A stretch of DNA of 54,854 nucleotides from an uncultured Alteromonadaceae bacterium (GCA_964346365.1 CAYFVG010000002.1:1-54854); one strand, 5' to 3'; shown: positions 20,575-31,075, numbered from the stretch's first letter. Notes: generated by a model from the letters alone, not told the origin. Program-made: numbers and translations.

Positions 20575-21012
20575 ATGGATAACACGCTCGCCATTACGTC
20601 CTCCGTGCGCATACCGCTCGGGGAGATTGAGCTGTTGCCGATCCGCGCCCGGGGCGCCGGTGGCCAGCACGTCAACAAGGTGGCGACGGCGATTCATCTG
20701 CGCTTCGACAGCCAGGCCTCGTCCCTGCCGGTGCCCTGGAAGGAGGCGCTGCTGCGCAGCGAAGACCAGCGTGTCGGCAGCGACGGGGTGGTGGTGATCA
20801 AGGCGCAGCGCCACCGCAGTCAGGCCCGCAACCGGGAAGACGCCCTGCGGCGCCTGGCGGCATTGCTTCGCGCCAGCCACCGGCCGCGCAAGGCGCGCAT
20901 TGCCACGCGGCCGACCCGCTCCAGTCAGCGGCGGCGGCTGGAGAAGAAAACCCGGCGAGGCCGGATCAAGGCGCGCCGGGGGCGGGTGGATCCGCGCCGC
21001 TCTGACGGGTGA
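20575..21012 (+). CDS. arfB: Alternative ribosome-rescue factor B (peptidyl-tRNA hydrolase ArfB/YaeJ)
   Basis: GAGGQHVNKVATAIHLRFD, RSQARNREDA, basic tail TRPTRSSQRRRLEKK. Confidence 0.92.
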   Translation: MDNTLAITSSVRIPLGEIELLPIRARGAGGQHVNKVATAIHLRFDSQASSLPVPWKEALLRSEDQRVGSDGVVVIKAQRHRSQARNREDALRRLAALLRASHRPRKARIATRPTRSSQRRRLEKKTRRGRIKARRGRVDPRRSDG

Positions 21013-21020
21013 GGCATGCG

Positions 21021-21083
21021 ATGGACCCGATGGATGGGATGGACCCGATGGAGACGATGGAAGCGATAGATGCCATGGAAAGA
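21021..21083 (+). repeat. Degenerate 9-bp tandem repeat (ATGGAnnnn) x7
   Basis: atggacccg atggatggg atggacccg atggagacg atggaagcg atagatgcc atggaaaga. Confidence 0.85.
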
Positions 21084-21263
21084 CAGGAGTGGGCCGCGCA
21101 CTGTCCCTACTGCGGGGAGCCGCTGACGCTGCTCCTCGATCCCATGGAGGCGGGCGTGGACTACGTGGAGGACTGCCAGGTCTGCTGCCGGCCGATGGTT
21201 GTCAGTGTGCTGGTGGACGGCGACGGTGACCTGGCGGCGCAGGTGCGCGCGGAGGACGAGTAG
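21021..21263 (+). CDS. CPXCG-motif cysteine-rich small protein
   Basis: CPYCGE...YVEDCQVCCRP; start ambiguous (several in-frame ATGs from 21021 to 21075). Confidence 0.85.
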   Translation: MDPMDGMDPMETMEAIDAMERQEWAAHCPYCGEPLTLLLDPMEAGVDYVEDCQVCCRPMVVSVLVDGDGDLAAQVRAEDE

Positions 21264-22468
21264 TGCGGCCGCGCGTGCTGATACTGGGCGGCGGCTTTGC
21301 CGGCCTGTCCTGTGCCCTGGAACTGCCCGCGTCCCGCTTCGCCGTGACGCTGGTGGATCGCCGCGCAGACTTCGAGTTTTACCCGGCTATTCATGAGCTG
21401 GTTTCCGGCCTGAAGAAACCCGGGGAGCTGCGCCTGCCCCTGAAATTGCTGCTGGAGCGTCGCGGGCATCGCTTCCGCCGGGGCGACGTGGTGGCTATCG
21501 ATGCGGCCGCCAGCGCCGTGCAGCTTGCGCGCGGTAGCCTCCCCTACGACTACCTGGTGCTCGCCCTCGGCGCCGCCGATGCGGACTTCGGCGTCAGCGG
21601 CGCCCGGGAACACGCCATGCCGTTCAAGTCCGTGGCGCAGTGCGCCGCGATCGGCCGGCGGCTGCGGGGGCTCGCCCGGGAGGAAAAGCCGGGACGCGTC
21701 ACGATCATCGGTGGTGGCCTGGAGGGCGTGGAAGGCCTCGGGGAAGTCCTCCGTCGCTACGGCGACACAGCGCTGCCGGTCACGCTGGTCGAGGCCGGGC
21801 CGCGGCTCCTGCCCGGTGCGCCGGCCGCGGTTGGCCGGCATCTCGCGGCGCACTGCGAGACCGCGGGTGTCGAGCTGCTCTTTGGCGATCCCGTCGACCG
21901 CGTCACCCCGAAGACGGTCCGCCTGGCCAGTGGCCGGCGCTTGCGTTCAGCGCTGACGATATGGACCGGCGGGCCTGCCCCGCAGCCACTGCTGGCCGAG
22001 AGCGGGCTGGCGGCCCCGGGGGCCTGGCTGGCGGTCACGGAGGCCCTCCGCCATCGTGAGTACGACAACATTCTCGTTGCCGGTGATGCCGCCGAGCTGC
22101 CGCGGCCGATAGCCCGACAGGCCTACCATGCCATGGATACGGGCCGGCACTGCGCCGATGAGCTCCGGCGCGCCGCGCGTGGTCGGCGCCCGCGCGCCTT
22201 CAAGGCGGCGGAGAAACCGCAGCTTATCGCCTTCGGCGACCGGGACTGCATCCTGCTGCAGGGGCGCCACGCTCTGGCCGCACCGGGCCTGGGGCTGGGC
22301 AAGGAAGCGATCTTCCAGGCGGTGATGGCGCAGCTGGACCAGCGGCCGCTGCCGGCGCGGGCCGCTGCGCTGTTGCGCCGGGCGCCCGGCCTGGCCTCGC
22401 CGTGGGTGTGGCCGCTGCCCGGCATGAGGGAACTGCGCCGCCGGGGCCGGCTGCGCGCCCTTTGCTGA
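21263..22468 (+). CDS. NDH-2-like FAD/NAD(P)-dependent oxidoreductase
   Basis: GGGFAG, YDYLVLALG, second GGGLEGVE, IWTGG, AGD; GTG overlaps the upstream TAG. Confidence 0.85.
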   Translation: MRPRVLILGGGFAGLSCALELPASRFAVTLVDRRADFEFYPAIHELVSGLKKPGELRLPLKLLLERRGHRFRRGDVVAIDAAASAVQLARGSLPYDYLVLALGAADADFGVSGAREHAMPFKSVAQCAAIGRRLRGLAREEKPGRVTIIGGGLEGVEGLGEVLRRYGDTALPVTLVEAGPRLLPGAPAAVGRHLAAHCETAGVELLFGDPVDRVTPKTVRLASGRRLRSALTIWTGGPAPQPLLAESGLAAPGAWLAVTEALRHREYDNILVAGDAAELPRPIARQAYHAMDTGRHCADELRRAARGRRPRAFKAAEKPQLIAFGDRDCILLQGRHALAAPGLGLGKEAIFQAVMAQLDQRPLPARAAALLRRAPGLASPWVWPLPGMRELRRRGRLRALC

Positions 22469-22499
22469 TACTCTGCTGCTAGCGGCGGTCCCCGGTTGC

Positions 22500-22727
22500 T
22501 CAGGGCTTGAACAGCGCCGCGTCAATGATCGACCAGAGATGAAGCGCGACCGCCGGGATCCAGAAGATGAACAGGATCACCGACGCGGCCAGCGCGTAGC
22601 ACCCGGAGGCGCACAGGAAAAACAGCAGCGCTGCCAGCACCCGCCCCTGGACCAGCTGGCCCAGCCCGGGAATGAAGAAACTGCAGATCGCTGCGAGGAC
22701 GTTGCCGCCCGAGCCCTGTCCGGCCAT
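22500..22727 (-). CDS. Small membrane protein (SFFIPGLGQ type)
   Basis: MAGQGSGGNVLAAICSFFIPGLGQLVQGR...LHLWSIIDAA; GGAAGG RBS. Confidence 0.75.
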   Translation of the reverse strand: MAGQGSGGNVLAAICSFFIPGLGQLVQGRVLAALLFFLCASGCYALAASVILFIFWIPAVALHLWSIIDAALFKP

Positions 22728-22912
22728 GGCGTTTAAACCCTTCCTTTGATTCCAGCGGAGCAAGCTAAGCGAAACCGGTGAGCGCTGGCAAGCATCAGTG
22801 CAGACCGTTGGCAGGCGCGAGGTGTCTGCACGGGCGGCTTCCGGTAGAGTAAGCAGCGGCGCCGCGGGCGCTTATCGTGATACCAGAAGCGCAACGCAGA
22901 GGAGCTCCAGCC

Positions 22913-23779
22913 ATGAGTCTGAAAGACAAGACGCTTTTCATCAGCGGCGCCAGCCGCGGCATCGGCCTCGCCATTGCCTGCCGGGCTGCGGCGGACGGCG
23001 CCAACGTGGTGATCGCCGCCAAGACGACGGAGCCGCACCCGAAGCTGCCCGGCACCATCTACACGGCCGCCGAGGACATCGAGGCTGCGGGCGGCCGGGC
23101 CCTGCCGGTGATCTGTGACATCCGCTTCGAGGACCAGGTGGAAGCCGCCGTCGCGCAGGCGGCGGAGCGCTTCGGCGGTATCGACATCTGCATCAACAAT
23201 GCGAGCGCGATCAGCCCGACGCCGACGCTCGAGACGGCGATGAAGCGCTACGACCTGATGCACGATATCAACACGCGTGGCACCTTCCTGGTCTCCAGGC
23301 ACTGTGTGCCCTATCTCAAGCAGGCGGCGAACCCGCACATCCTCAATCTCGCCCCGCCCCTGGACATGGACCCCAAGTGGTTTGCCCCGCACCTGGCCTA
23401 CACCATGGCCAAGATGGGCATGAGTCTGTGCACGCTCGGCATGGCCCGGGAGTTCGCCGGCGATGGTATCGCGGTGAATTCCCTCTGGCCGCTGACAGCC
23501 ATCGATACCGCAGCGGTCCGCAACGTGCTGGGCGGCGCCGAGATGGTCGGCGGCAGTCGCAAGCCGGAGATTATGTCGGATGCGGCGCACGCGATCCTGA
23601 CGCGGTCATCCCGGGAATGCAGCGGTAATTTCTTTATCGACGAGGTCTTGCTGCGGGAGGAAGGCGTCACGGATTTCGCCCCCTACGCCGTGGACCCGGA
23701 TGCACAGCTGTTTCGGGATTTTTTCGTGCCCGATGCGGTGGCAGAGGCGTTGCCGACGCGGACCGTCACCATGTTCTGA
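22913..23779 (+). CDS. SDR oxidoreductase (HSDL2/citronellol dehydrogenase-like)
   Basis: SGASRGIG, KTTEPHPKLPGTI, NNASAI, YTMAK; GGAG RBS. Confidence 0.9.
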   Translation: MSLKDKTLFISGASRGIGLAIACRAAADGANVVIAAKTTEPHPKLPGTIYTAAEDIEAAGGRALPVICDIRFEDQVEAAVAQAAERFGGIDICINNASAISPTPTLETAMKRYDLMHDINTRGTFLVSRHCVPYLKQAANPHILNLAPPLDMDPKWFAPHLAYTMAKMGMSLCTLGMAREFAGDGIAVNSLWPLTAIDTAAVRNVLGGAEMVGGSRKPEIMSDAAHAILTRSSRECSGNFFIDEVLLREEGVTDFAPYAVDPDAQLFRDFFVPDAVAEALPTRTVTMF

Positions 23780-23827
23780 GGCCGGTTGCGCCGGCCGTCC
23801 GACCGGCTGCCCGGTGTTTCTCCGGGT

Positions 23828-25372
23828 TCAGATCATCGCTTCGATGAGATGTGGCCCGGGGGTCGCCAGGGCTTCTGCCAGCTGCGCGTCGAACTCGGCG
23901 ACCGTGCTGGCGCGGGTGGCGTTCACGCCCATGCCGCGGGCGAGGGCGGTGAAATCCAGGTCCGGGTTCGACAGGTCGAGCATGGACAGCGTGCTTGCGT
24001 TGGGTTCGCCGGCGCCGACTCGCTCCAGCTCGATGTTGAGGATGGCATAGCTGCGGTTGTTGAAGAGGATGGTCACCGTATCCGTCTTTTCCCGGGCCAG
24101 GCTCCACAGTCCCTGCACGGTATACATGGCGCTGCCGTCCGCCTCGAGGTTGATGACCTTCCGCTGCGGGCAGGCGATGGCGGCGCCGAGCGTTGCCGGA
24201 ATCCCCTGGCCGATGGCGCCGCCGGTGAGGGCGAGCCAGTCGTGCTTCGGCGTGCGCTCGGTCAGCAGGTAGGCGCCGAGCCCGTTGGTGGCGCCGTCGT
24301 CGACCACGATGGCGTCCTCGGGCATGTGCCGGGCCAGGAGCTGCCCGACCAGAAGGCCATCGAGAGGCCCGTCTGCCGGCACCGGCGTTTCCGCCGCCTC
24401 GACCAGCGGCGGCTCCCCGCTGGCGCCGACCGCGGCCACCAGCGCCTCGAGGGCACCGTCGATGCCGTCGCCGGCGGTCGCCAGCGTACTGACCTCGCAG
24501 TCACCGGGGGCCAGCCAGCTCTCCTTGCCCGGGTAGGCGAAGAAGCTGACCGGTGCCGCGGTGCCCACCAGCACCAGGTGCTCGGTGCCGGCGAGGGCTT
24601 CCATGGCCTGCTCGGCAAAGTAGGGCAGGCGCTCCACGGCGACGCGTCCGGCGCCGCGCTGGAGCCGCGCCGGGAACACCTGGCAGACCAGCCGGGCCCC
24701 GGTGGCGGCGGCGAGCTGCCCCAGGCGATAGAGGTTCTCCTCGCGCAGGGCGCGTCCGCCGAGAAACAAAACCGTCGGTCGGCCGCTTTTCAGTCGCTCC
24801 GCGGTTGCGGCGATCGTCTCGTCGGAGACAGACGGTGCGGCAGCTGCCGGCTGCGCGGGCGCGGGACCGTCCGCCGGGTTCCAGGCGTGGTCTGCGGGTA
24901 CGACGACAGTGGCGATGCGACCGTTCTCCGCCTGCGCCTCCGCGACCGCTGCAGCGCCGGCAGCCGCGAGGTCGTCGGGAGACGCGGCCACATGCGTCCA
25001 GGCGGACGCCCAGGCCGCCAGCGCCGGCAGGTCGGAGGTCAGCGGCGCGTCGTACTGTAGATGATAGCTGGCGTGGTCGCCGACGATGTTCACCAGCGGC
25101 GACCCGGCGCGGCGGGCGTTGTGCAGGTTGGCGAGGCTGTTGGCGAAGCCCGAGCCGACGTGCAGCAGGGTGATGGCCGGCTTGTCGGCCATGCGCCCGT
25201 AGCCATCTGCCGCGCCCGAGGCCACGCCCTCGAAGAGGCAGAGTACCGGTCGCATGCTCCCCGTGTTGCCGATGGCCGAGACCAGCTGCATCTCCGAGGT
25301 GCCGGGGTTGGCGAAGCAGACGTCGACGCCGCTGGCGACGAGGGTCTCGAGAAGGGCGTCGGCTCCGTTCAT
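23828..25372 (-). CDS. ThDP-dependent acetolactate synthase large-subunit-like protein
   Basis: FANPGTSEM, LFEGVASGAADGYGRM, ThDP motif ADGSAMYT...NNRSY. Confidence 0.88.
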   Translation of the reverse strand: MNGADALLETLVASGVDVCFANPGTSEMQLVSAIGNTGSMRPVLCLFEGVASGAADGYGRMADKPAITLLHVGSGFANSLANLHNARRAGSPLVNIVGDHASYHLQYDAPLTSDLPALAAWASAWTHVAASPDDLAAAGAAAVAEAQAENGRIATVVVPADHAWNPADGPAPAQPAAAAPSVSDETIAATAERLKSGRPTVLFLGGRALREENLYRLGQLAAATGARLVCQVFPARLQRGAGRVAVERLPYFAEQAMEALAGTEHLVLVGTAAPVSFFAYPGKESWLAPGDCEVSTLATAGDGIDGALEALVAAVGASGEPPLVEAAETPVPADGPLDGLLVGQLLARHMPEDAIVVDDGATNGLGAYLLTERTPKHDWLALTGGAIGQGIPATLGAAIACPQRKVINLEADGSAMYTVQGLWSLAREKTDTVTILFNNRSYAILNIELERVGAGEPNASTLSMLDLSNPDLDFTALARGMGVNATRASTVAEFDAQLAEALATPGPHLIEAMI

Positions 25373-25395
25373 GCGGGGCTGCTTGCGATGGCGCG

Positions 25396-25440
25396 GCGGC
25401 CGGAGAAGTTGCGGCCGGAAACGTTGCGGCCGGAGAGGTC
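25396..25440. repeat. 15-bp tandem repeat x3 in the ALS-like/ilvD divergent spacer
   Basis: gcggccggagaagtt gcggccggaaacgtt gcggccggagaggtc. Confidence 0.8.
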
Positions 25441-25457
25441 GCAGGCACCATAAGTAT

Positions 25458-25487
25458 TTGAGGCATTTCCCGCAAGTGGCCTAGAAT
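25458..25487 (+). promoter_or_regulatory. Putative sigma70 promoter for ilvD
   Basis: TTGAGG-N18-TAGAAT, followed by AGGAG RBS and GTG at 25521. Confidence 0.45.
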
Positions 25488-25520
25488 GCCGCCTCCCCTC
25501 GACGAGCCAGGAGTGCCAGC

Positions 25521-27206
25521 GTGGCCAGTAACCGCAGGTCGAAGACCATCACCCAGGGTATCGAGCGCGCGCCCAACCGCTCCATGTTCTACGGCATGGG
25601 TTACGAGGCGAGCGACTTCGACAAGCCGATGATCGGCGTCGCCAACAGCCACTCCACGATCACCCCCTGCAATGCCGGTCTCCAGCCCCTGGCGGATGCG
25701 GCCGTCGCGGCAATCGCCGGGGCCGGTGCGAACCCACAGATGTTCGGCACGCCTACCATCAGCGACGGCATGTCCATGGGCACCGAGGGCATGAAGTACA
25801 GCCTGGTGTCGCGGGAGGTCATCGCGGACTGCATCGAGACCTGCGTCGGCGGCCAGTGGATGGACGGTGTCCTCACCATCGGCGGCTGCGACAAGAACAT
25901 GCCGGGCGCGATGATGGGCATGCTGCGCGCCAACGTGCCCTCGATCTTCGTCTATGGCGGCACGATCCTTCCCGGCCGGCTCGGCGATCGGGACCTCAAC
26001 ATCGTCAGCGTTTTCGAGGCGGTCGGCGAGCACAGCGCCGGGCGCATCAGCGAAGAGGAGCTGATCGCCATCGAGCGCCACGCGATTCCGGGCACCGGGT
26101 CCTGTGGCGGCATGTATACGGCCAACACCATGAGCGCGGCCTTCGAGGCCCTCGGTCTGTCTCTGCCGTACTCGAGCACCATGGCCAACGTGGAGGATGA
26201 GAAAGGCGTGAGCGCTGCCGAGAGCGCGCGCGTCTTGGTCGATGCCGTGGCGGCGGACCGCAAGCCCCGCGACATCGTCACCCGCGAGGCTATCGAGAAC
26301 GCCGTCGCGGTGATCATGGCCACCGGCGGCTCCACCAACGCCGTGCTGCACTTCCTCGCCATCGCCCACTGCGCCGAGGTGCCGTGGACCATCGACGACT
26401 TCGAGCGCATCCGGCGGAAGGTCCCGGTGATCTGCGACCTGAAACCCAGCGGCCGCTACCTCGCCATCGACCTGCACCGTGCGGGTGGCATACCGCAGGT
26501 CATGAAACTGCTGCTGGAGGGCGGGCTGCTGCATGGCGACTGCATGACCATCACCGGCAGGACCCTTGCCGAGACGCTGGCGGATGTCCCCGCCCAATGC
26601 CCGGCCGGCCAGGATGTGATCCGCCCCCTCGACAACCCGCTCTACAGCGAGGGTCACCTGGCCATCCTCCGCGGCAACCTGGCCGAGGAAGGCGCCGTGG
26701 CCAAGATCAGCGGCCTCAAGAACCCGGTGATGACCGGGCCCGCGCGGGTCTTCGACGACGAGCAATCGGCCCTGGATGCGATCCTCGCGGGCGGGATCGA
26801 GGCCGGGGATATCGTGGTGCTGCGCTACCTCGGCCCGCGCGGGGCGCCGGGAATGCCGGAGATGCTCGCGCCGACCAGCGCGCTCATCGGCCAGGGGCTC
26901 GGCGAAAGCGTCGGGCTGATTACCGACGGCCGCTTCTCCGGGGGCACCTGGGGCATGGTCGTCGGCCATGTGGCCCCGGAAGCCTTCGTAGGCGGCACCA
27001 TCGGCCTGATCGAGGAAGGGGATCACATCGCGATTGATGCCCACCGGCTGCTGCTGCGTGTCGACGTGGATGAGGACGAGCTCGCCGCCCGCCGCGCCCG
27101 CTGGCAGCAGCCGGCGCCGCGCTACAGCCGGGGTGTGCTCGGCAAGTTCGCGCGCAACGCCTCCTCGGCCAGCTTCGGCGCCGTCCTGGATCGCTACGAG
27201 GATTGA
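25521..27206 (+). CDS. ilvD: Dihydroxy-acid dehydratase
   Basis: [50 protein letters not shown]. Confidence 0.96.
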   Translation: MASNRRSKTITQGIERAPNRSMFYGMGYEASDFDKPMIGVANSHSTITPCNAGLQPLADAAVAAIAGAGANPQMFGTPTISDGMSMGTEGMKYSLVSREVIADCIETCVGGQWMDGVLTIGGCDKNMPGAMMGMLRANVPSIFVYGGTILPGRLGDRDLNIVSVFEAVGEHSAGRISEEELIAIERHAIPGTGSCGGMYTANTMSAAFEALGLSLPYSSTMANVEDEKGVSAAESARVLVDAVAADRKPRDIVTREAIENAVAVIMATGGSTNAVLHFLAIAHCAEVPWTIDDFERIRRKVPVICDLKPSGRYLAIDLHRAGGIPQVMKLLLEGGLLHGDCMTITGRTLAETLADVPAQCPAGQDVIRPLDNPLYSEGHLAILRGNLAEEGAVAKISGLKNPVMTGPARVFDDEQSALDAILAGGIEAGDIVVLRYLGPRGAPGMPEMLAPTSALIGQGLGESVGLITDGRFSGGTWGMVVGHVAPEAFVGGTIGLIEEGDHIAIDAHRLLLRVDVDEDELAARRARWQQPAPRYSRGVLGKFARNASSASFGAVLDRYED

Positions 27207-27248
27207 GCCGGCGCCGGGCAGCCGCCCGGCCGCCGCGGCAGGCTGGCG

Positions 27249-27434
27249 TCAGGCGCTGTCTTCGGCGCGCAGGCGCTCTGCCTTGGCCAGTACCCGGTCG
27301 CGGAGGTCGTCGCGGTAGGCGTGCAGGCGTCGGCGCAGGGCGGCGTCACCGGTGGCGAGGACCTGCGCCGCCAGCAGGCCGGCGTTGGTCGCGTTGTCGA
27401 TGGCCACGGTGGCGACGGGGATGCCCGCGGGCAT
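27249..27434 (-). CDS. purE: 3' fragment of N5-CAIR mutase, cut at the palindrome centre
   Basis: MPAGIPVATVAIDNATNAGLLAAQVLA is the PurE C-terminal region; 5' part missing. Confidence 0.85.
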   Translation of the reverse strand: MPAGIPVATVAIDNATNAGLLAAQVLATGDAALRRRLHAYRDDLRDRVLAKAERLRAEDSA

Positions 27435-27606
27435 CCCCGTCGCCACCGTGGCCATCGACAACGCGACCAACGCCGGCCTGCTGGCGGCGCAGGTCCTCGC
27501 CACCGGTGACGCCGCCCTGCGCCGACGCCTGCACGCCTACCGCGACGACCTCCGCGACCGGGTACTGGCCAAGGCAGAGCGCCTGCGCGCCGAAGACAGC
27601 GCCTGA
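27421..27606 (+). CDS. purE: Mirror copy: purE 3' fragment
   Basis: Reverse complement of 27249-27434. Confidence 0.85.
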   Translation: MPAGIPVATVAIDNATNAGLLAAQVLATGDAALRRRLHAYRDDLRDRVLAKAERLRAEDSA

Positions 27607-27648
27607 CGCCAGCCTGCCGCGGCGGCCGGGCGGCTGCCCGGCGCCGGC

Positions 27649-29334
27649 TCAATCCTCGTAGCGATCCAGGACGGCGCCGAAGCTGGCCGAGGAGGCGTTG
27701 CGCGCGAACTTGCCGAGCACACCCCGGCTGTAGCGCGGCGCCGGCTGCTGCCAGCGGGCGCGGCGGGCGGCGAGCTCGTCCTCATCCACGTCGACACGCA
27801 GCAGCAGCCGGTGGGCATCAATCGCGATGTGATCCCCTTCCTCGATCAGGCCGATGGTGCCGCCTACGAAGGCTTCCGGGGCCACATGGCCGACGACCAT
27901 GCCCCAGGTGCCCCCGGAGAAGCGGCCGTCGGTAATCAGCCCGACGCTTTCGCCGAGCCCCTGGCCGATGAGCGCGCTGGTCGGCGCGAGCATCTCCGGC
28001 ATTCCCGGCGCCCCGCGCGGGCCGAGGTAGCGCAGCACCACGATATCCCCGGCCTCGATCCCGCCCGCGAGGATCGCATCCAGGGCCGATTGCTCGTCGT
28101 CGAAGACCCGCGCGGGCCCGGTCATCACCGGGTTCTTGAGGCCGCTGATCTTGGCCACGGCGCCTTCCTCGGCCAGGTTGCCGCGGAGGATGGCCAGGTG
28201 ACCCTCGCTGTAGAGCGGGTTGTCGAGGGGGCGGATCACATCCTGGCCGGCCGGGCATTGGGCGGGGACATCCGCCAGCGTCTCGGCAAGGGTCCTGCCG
28301 GTGATGGTCATGCAGTCGCCATGCAGCAGCCCGCCCTCCAGCAGCAGTTTCATGACCTGCGGTATGCCACCCGCACGGTGCAGGTCGATGGCGAGGTAGC
28401 GGCCGCTGGGTTTCAGGTCGCAGATCACCGGGACCTTCCGCCGGATGCGCTCGAAGTCGTCGATGGTCCACGGCACCTCGGCGCAGTGGGCGATGGCGAG
28501 GAAGTGCAGCACGGCGTTGGTGGAGCCGCCGGTGGCCATGATCACCGCGACGGCGTTCTCGATAGCCTCGCGGGTGACGATGTCGCGGGGCTTGCGGTCC
28601 GCCGCCACGGCATCGACCAAGACGCGCGCGCTCTCGGCAGCGCTCACGCCTTTCTCATCCTCCACGTTGGCCATGGTGCTCGAGTACGGCAGAGACAGAC
28701 CGAGGGCCTCGAAGGCCGCGCTCATGGTGTTGGCCGTATACATGCCGCCACAGGACCCGGTGCCCGGAATCGCGTGGCGCTCGATGGCGATCAGCTCCTC
28801 TTCGCTGATGCGCCCGGCGCTGTGCTCGCCGACCGCCTCGAAAACGCTGACGATGTTGAGGTCCCGATCGCCGAGCCGGCCGGGAAGGATCGTGCCGCCA
28901 TAGACGAAGATCGAGGGCACGTTGGCGCGCAGCATGCCCATCATCGCGCCCGGCATGTTCTTGTCGCAGCCGCCGATGGTGAGGACACCGTCCATCCACT
29001 GGCCGCCGACGCAGGTCTCGATGCAGTCCGCGATGACCTCCCGCGACACCAGGCTGTACTTCATGCCCTCGGTGCCCATGGACATGCCGTCGCTGATGGT
29101 AGGCGTGCCGAACATCTGTGGGTTCGCACCGGCCCCGGCGATTGCCGCGACGGCCGCATCCGCCAGGGGCTGGAGACCGGCATTGCAGGGGGTGATCGTG
29201 GAGTGGCTGTTGGCGACGCCGATCATCGGCTTGTCGAAGTCGCTCGCCTCGTAACCCATGCCGTAGAACATGGAGCGGTTGGGCGCGCGCTCGATACCCT
29301 GGGTGATGGTCTTCGACCTGCGGTTACTGGCCAC
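27649..29334 (-). CDS. ilvD: Mirror copy: dihydroxy-acid dehydratase
   Basis: Identical to 25521-27206. Confidence 0.95.
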   Translation of the reverse strand: MASNRRSKTITQGIERAPNRSMFYGMGYEASDFDKPMIGVANSHSTITPCNAGLQPLADAAVAAIAGAGANPQMFGTPTISDGMSMGTEGMKYSLVSREVIADCIETCVGGQWMDGVLTIGGCDKNMPGAMMGMLRANVPSIFVYGGTILPGRLGDRDLNIVSVFEAVGEHSAGRISEEELIAIERHAIPGTGSCGGMYTANTMSAAFEALGLSLPYSSTMANVEDEKGVSAAESARVLVDAVAADRKPRDIVTREAIENAVAVIMATGGSTNAVLHFLAIAHCAEVPWTIDDFERIRRKVPVICDLKPSGRYLAIDLHRAGGIPQVMKLLLEGGLLHGDCMTITGRTLAETLADVPAQCPAGQDVIRPLDNPLYSEGHLAILRGNLAEEGAVAKISGLKNPVMTGPARVFDDEQSALDAILAGGIEAGDIVVLRYLGPRGAPGMPEMLAPTSALIGQGLGESVGLITDGRFSGGTWGMVVGHVAPEAFVGGTIGLIEEGDHIAIDAHRLLLRVDVDEDELAARRARWQQPAPRYSRGVLGKFARNASSASFGAVLDRYED

Positions 29335-29482
29335 GCTGGCACTCCTGGCTCGTCGAGGGGAGGCGGCATTCTAGGCCACTTGCGGGAAATGCCTCAAATA
29401 CTTATGGTGCCTGCGACCTCTCCGGCCGCAACGTTTCCGGCCGCAACTTCTCCGGCCGCCGCGCCATCGCAAGCAGCCCCGC

Positions 29483-31027
29483 ATGAACGGAGCCGACGCC
29501 CTTCTCGAGACCCTCGTCGCCAGCGGCGTCGACGTCTGCTTCGCCAACCCCGGCACCTCGGAGATGCAGCTGGTCTCGGCCATCGGCAACACGGGGAGCA
29601 TGCGACCGGTACTCTGCCTCTTCGAGGGCGTGGCCTCGGGCGCGGCAGATGGCTACGGGCGCATGGCCGACAAGCCGGCCATCACCCTGCTGCACGTCGG
29701 CTCGGGCTTCGCCAACAGCCTCGCCAACCTGCACAACGCCCGCCGCGCCGGGTCGCCGCTGGTGAACATCGTCGGCGACCACGCCAGCTATCATCTACAG
29801 TACGACGCGCCGCTGACCTCCGACCTGCCGGCGCTGGCGGCCTGGGCGTCCGCCTGGACGCATGTGGCCGCGTCTCCCGACGACCTCGCGGCTGCCGGCG
29901 CTGCAGCGGTCGCGGAGGCGCAGGCGGAGAACGGTCGCATCGCCACTGTCGTCGTACCCGCAGACCACGCCTGGAACCCGGCGGACGGTCCCGCGCCCGC
30001 GCAGCCGGCAGCTGCCGCACCGTCTGTCTCCGACGAGACGATCGCCGCAACCGCGGAGCGACTGAAAAGCGGCCGACCGACGGTTTTGTTTCTCGGCGGA
30101 CGCGCCCTGCGCGAGGAGAACCTCTATCGCCTGGGGCAGCTCGCCGCCGCCACCGGGGCCCGGCTGGTCTGCCAGGTGTTCCCGGCGCGGCTCCAGCGCG
30201 GCGCCGGACGCGTCGCCGTGGAGCGCCTGCCCTACTTTGCCGAGCAGGCCATGGAAGCCCTCGCCGGCACCGAGCACCTGGTGCTGGTGGGCACCGCGGC
30301 ACCGGTCAGCTTCTTCGCCTACCCGGGCAAGGAGAGCTGGCTGGCCCCCGGTGACTGCGAGGTCAGTACGCTGGCGACCGCCGGCGACGGCATCGACGGT
30401 GCCCTCGAGGCGCTGGTGGCCGCGGTCGGCGCCAGCGGGGAGCCGCCGCTGGTCGAGGCGGCGGAAACGCCGGTGCCGGCAGACGGGCCTCTCGATGGCC
30501 TTCTGGTCGGGCAGCTCCTGGCCCGGCACATGCCCGAGGACGCCATCGTGGTCGACGACGGCGCCACCAACGGGCTCGGCGCCTACCTGCTGACCGAGCG
30601 CACGCCGAAGCACGACTGGCTCGCCCTCACCGGCGGCGCCATCGGCCAGGGGATTCCGGCAACGCTCGGCGCCGCCATCGCCTGCCCGCAGCGGAAGGTC
30701 ATCAACCTCGAGGCGGACGGCAGCGCCATGTATACCGTGCAGGGACTGTGGAGCCTGGCCCGGGAAAAGACGGATACGGTGACCATCCTCTTCAACAACC
30801 GCAGCTATGCCATCCTCAACATCGAGCTGGAGCGAGTCGGCGCCGGCGAACCCAACGCAAGCACGCTGTCCATGCTCGACCTGTCGAACCCGGACCTGGA
30901 TTTCACCGCCCTCGCCCGCGGCATGGGCGTGAACGCCACCCGCGCCAGCACGGTCGCCGAGTTCGACGCGCAGCTGGCAGAAGCCCTGGCGACCCCCGGG
31001 CCACATCTCATCGAAGCGATGATCTGA
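29483..31027 (+). CDS. Mirror copy: ALS large-subunit-like protein
   Basis: Identical to 23828-25372. Confidence 0.88.
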   Translation: MNGADALLETLVASGVDVCFANPGTSEMQLVSAIGNTGSMRPVLCLFEGVASGAADGYGRMADKPAITLLHVGSGFANSLANLHNARRAGSPLVNIVGDHASYHLQYDAPLTSDLPALAAWASAWTHVAASPDDLAAAGAAAVAEAQAENGRIATVVVPADHAWNPADGPAPAQPAAAAPSVSDETIAATAERLKSGRPTVLFLGGRALREENLYRLGQLAAATGARLVCQVFPARLQRGAGRVAVERLPYFAEQAMEALAGTEHLVLVGTAAPVSFFAYPGKESWLAPGDCEVSTLATAGDGIDGALEALVAAVGASGEPPLVEAAETPVPADGPLDGLLVGQLLARHMPEDAIVVDDGATNGLGAYLLTERTPKHDWLALTGGAIGQGIPATLGAAIACPQRKVINLEADGSAMYTVQGLWSLAREKTDTVTILFNNRSYAILNIELERVGAGEPNASTLSMLDLSNPDLDFTALARGMGVNATRASTVAEFDAQLAEALATPGPHLIEAMI

Positions 31028-31075
31028 ACCCGGAGAAACACCGGGCAGCCGGTCGGACGGCCGGCGCAACCGGCC

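Noticed and set aside
21021-25440. CRISPR array at the short repeats (21021-21083, 25396-25440)
   Set aside because: Units are 9 and 15 bp, contiguous, with no spacers and no cas genes.
24501-27044. 847-aa ORF (and its mirror at 27811-30354)
   Set aside because: It is antisense to ilvD and out of frame over the ALS-like gene, with Arg/Gly/Ala-rich composition typical of shadow frames in GC-rich DNA.
27300-27555. Hairpin telomere of a linear plasmid or prophage (N15 or Borrelia type)
   Set aside because: The centre lies inside a housekeeping CDS and is GC-rich; no protelomerase, rep/par or phage genes are present.
27194-27661. 152-aa and 84-aa ORFs crossing the centre
   Set aside because: Chimeric products of the fold-back; only the part from MPAGIPV onward is real PurE.
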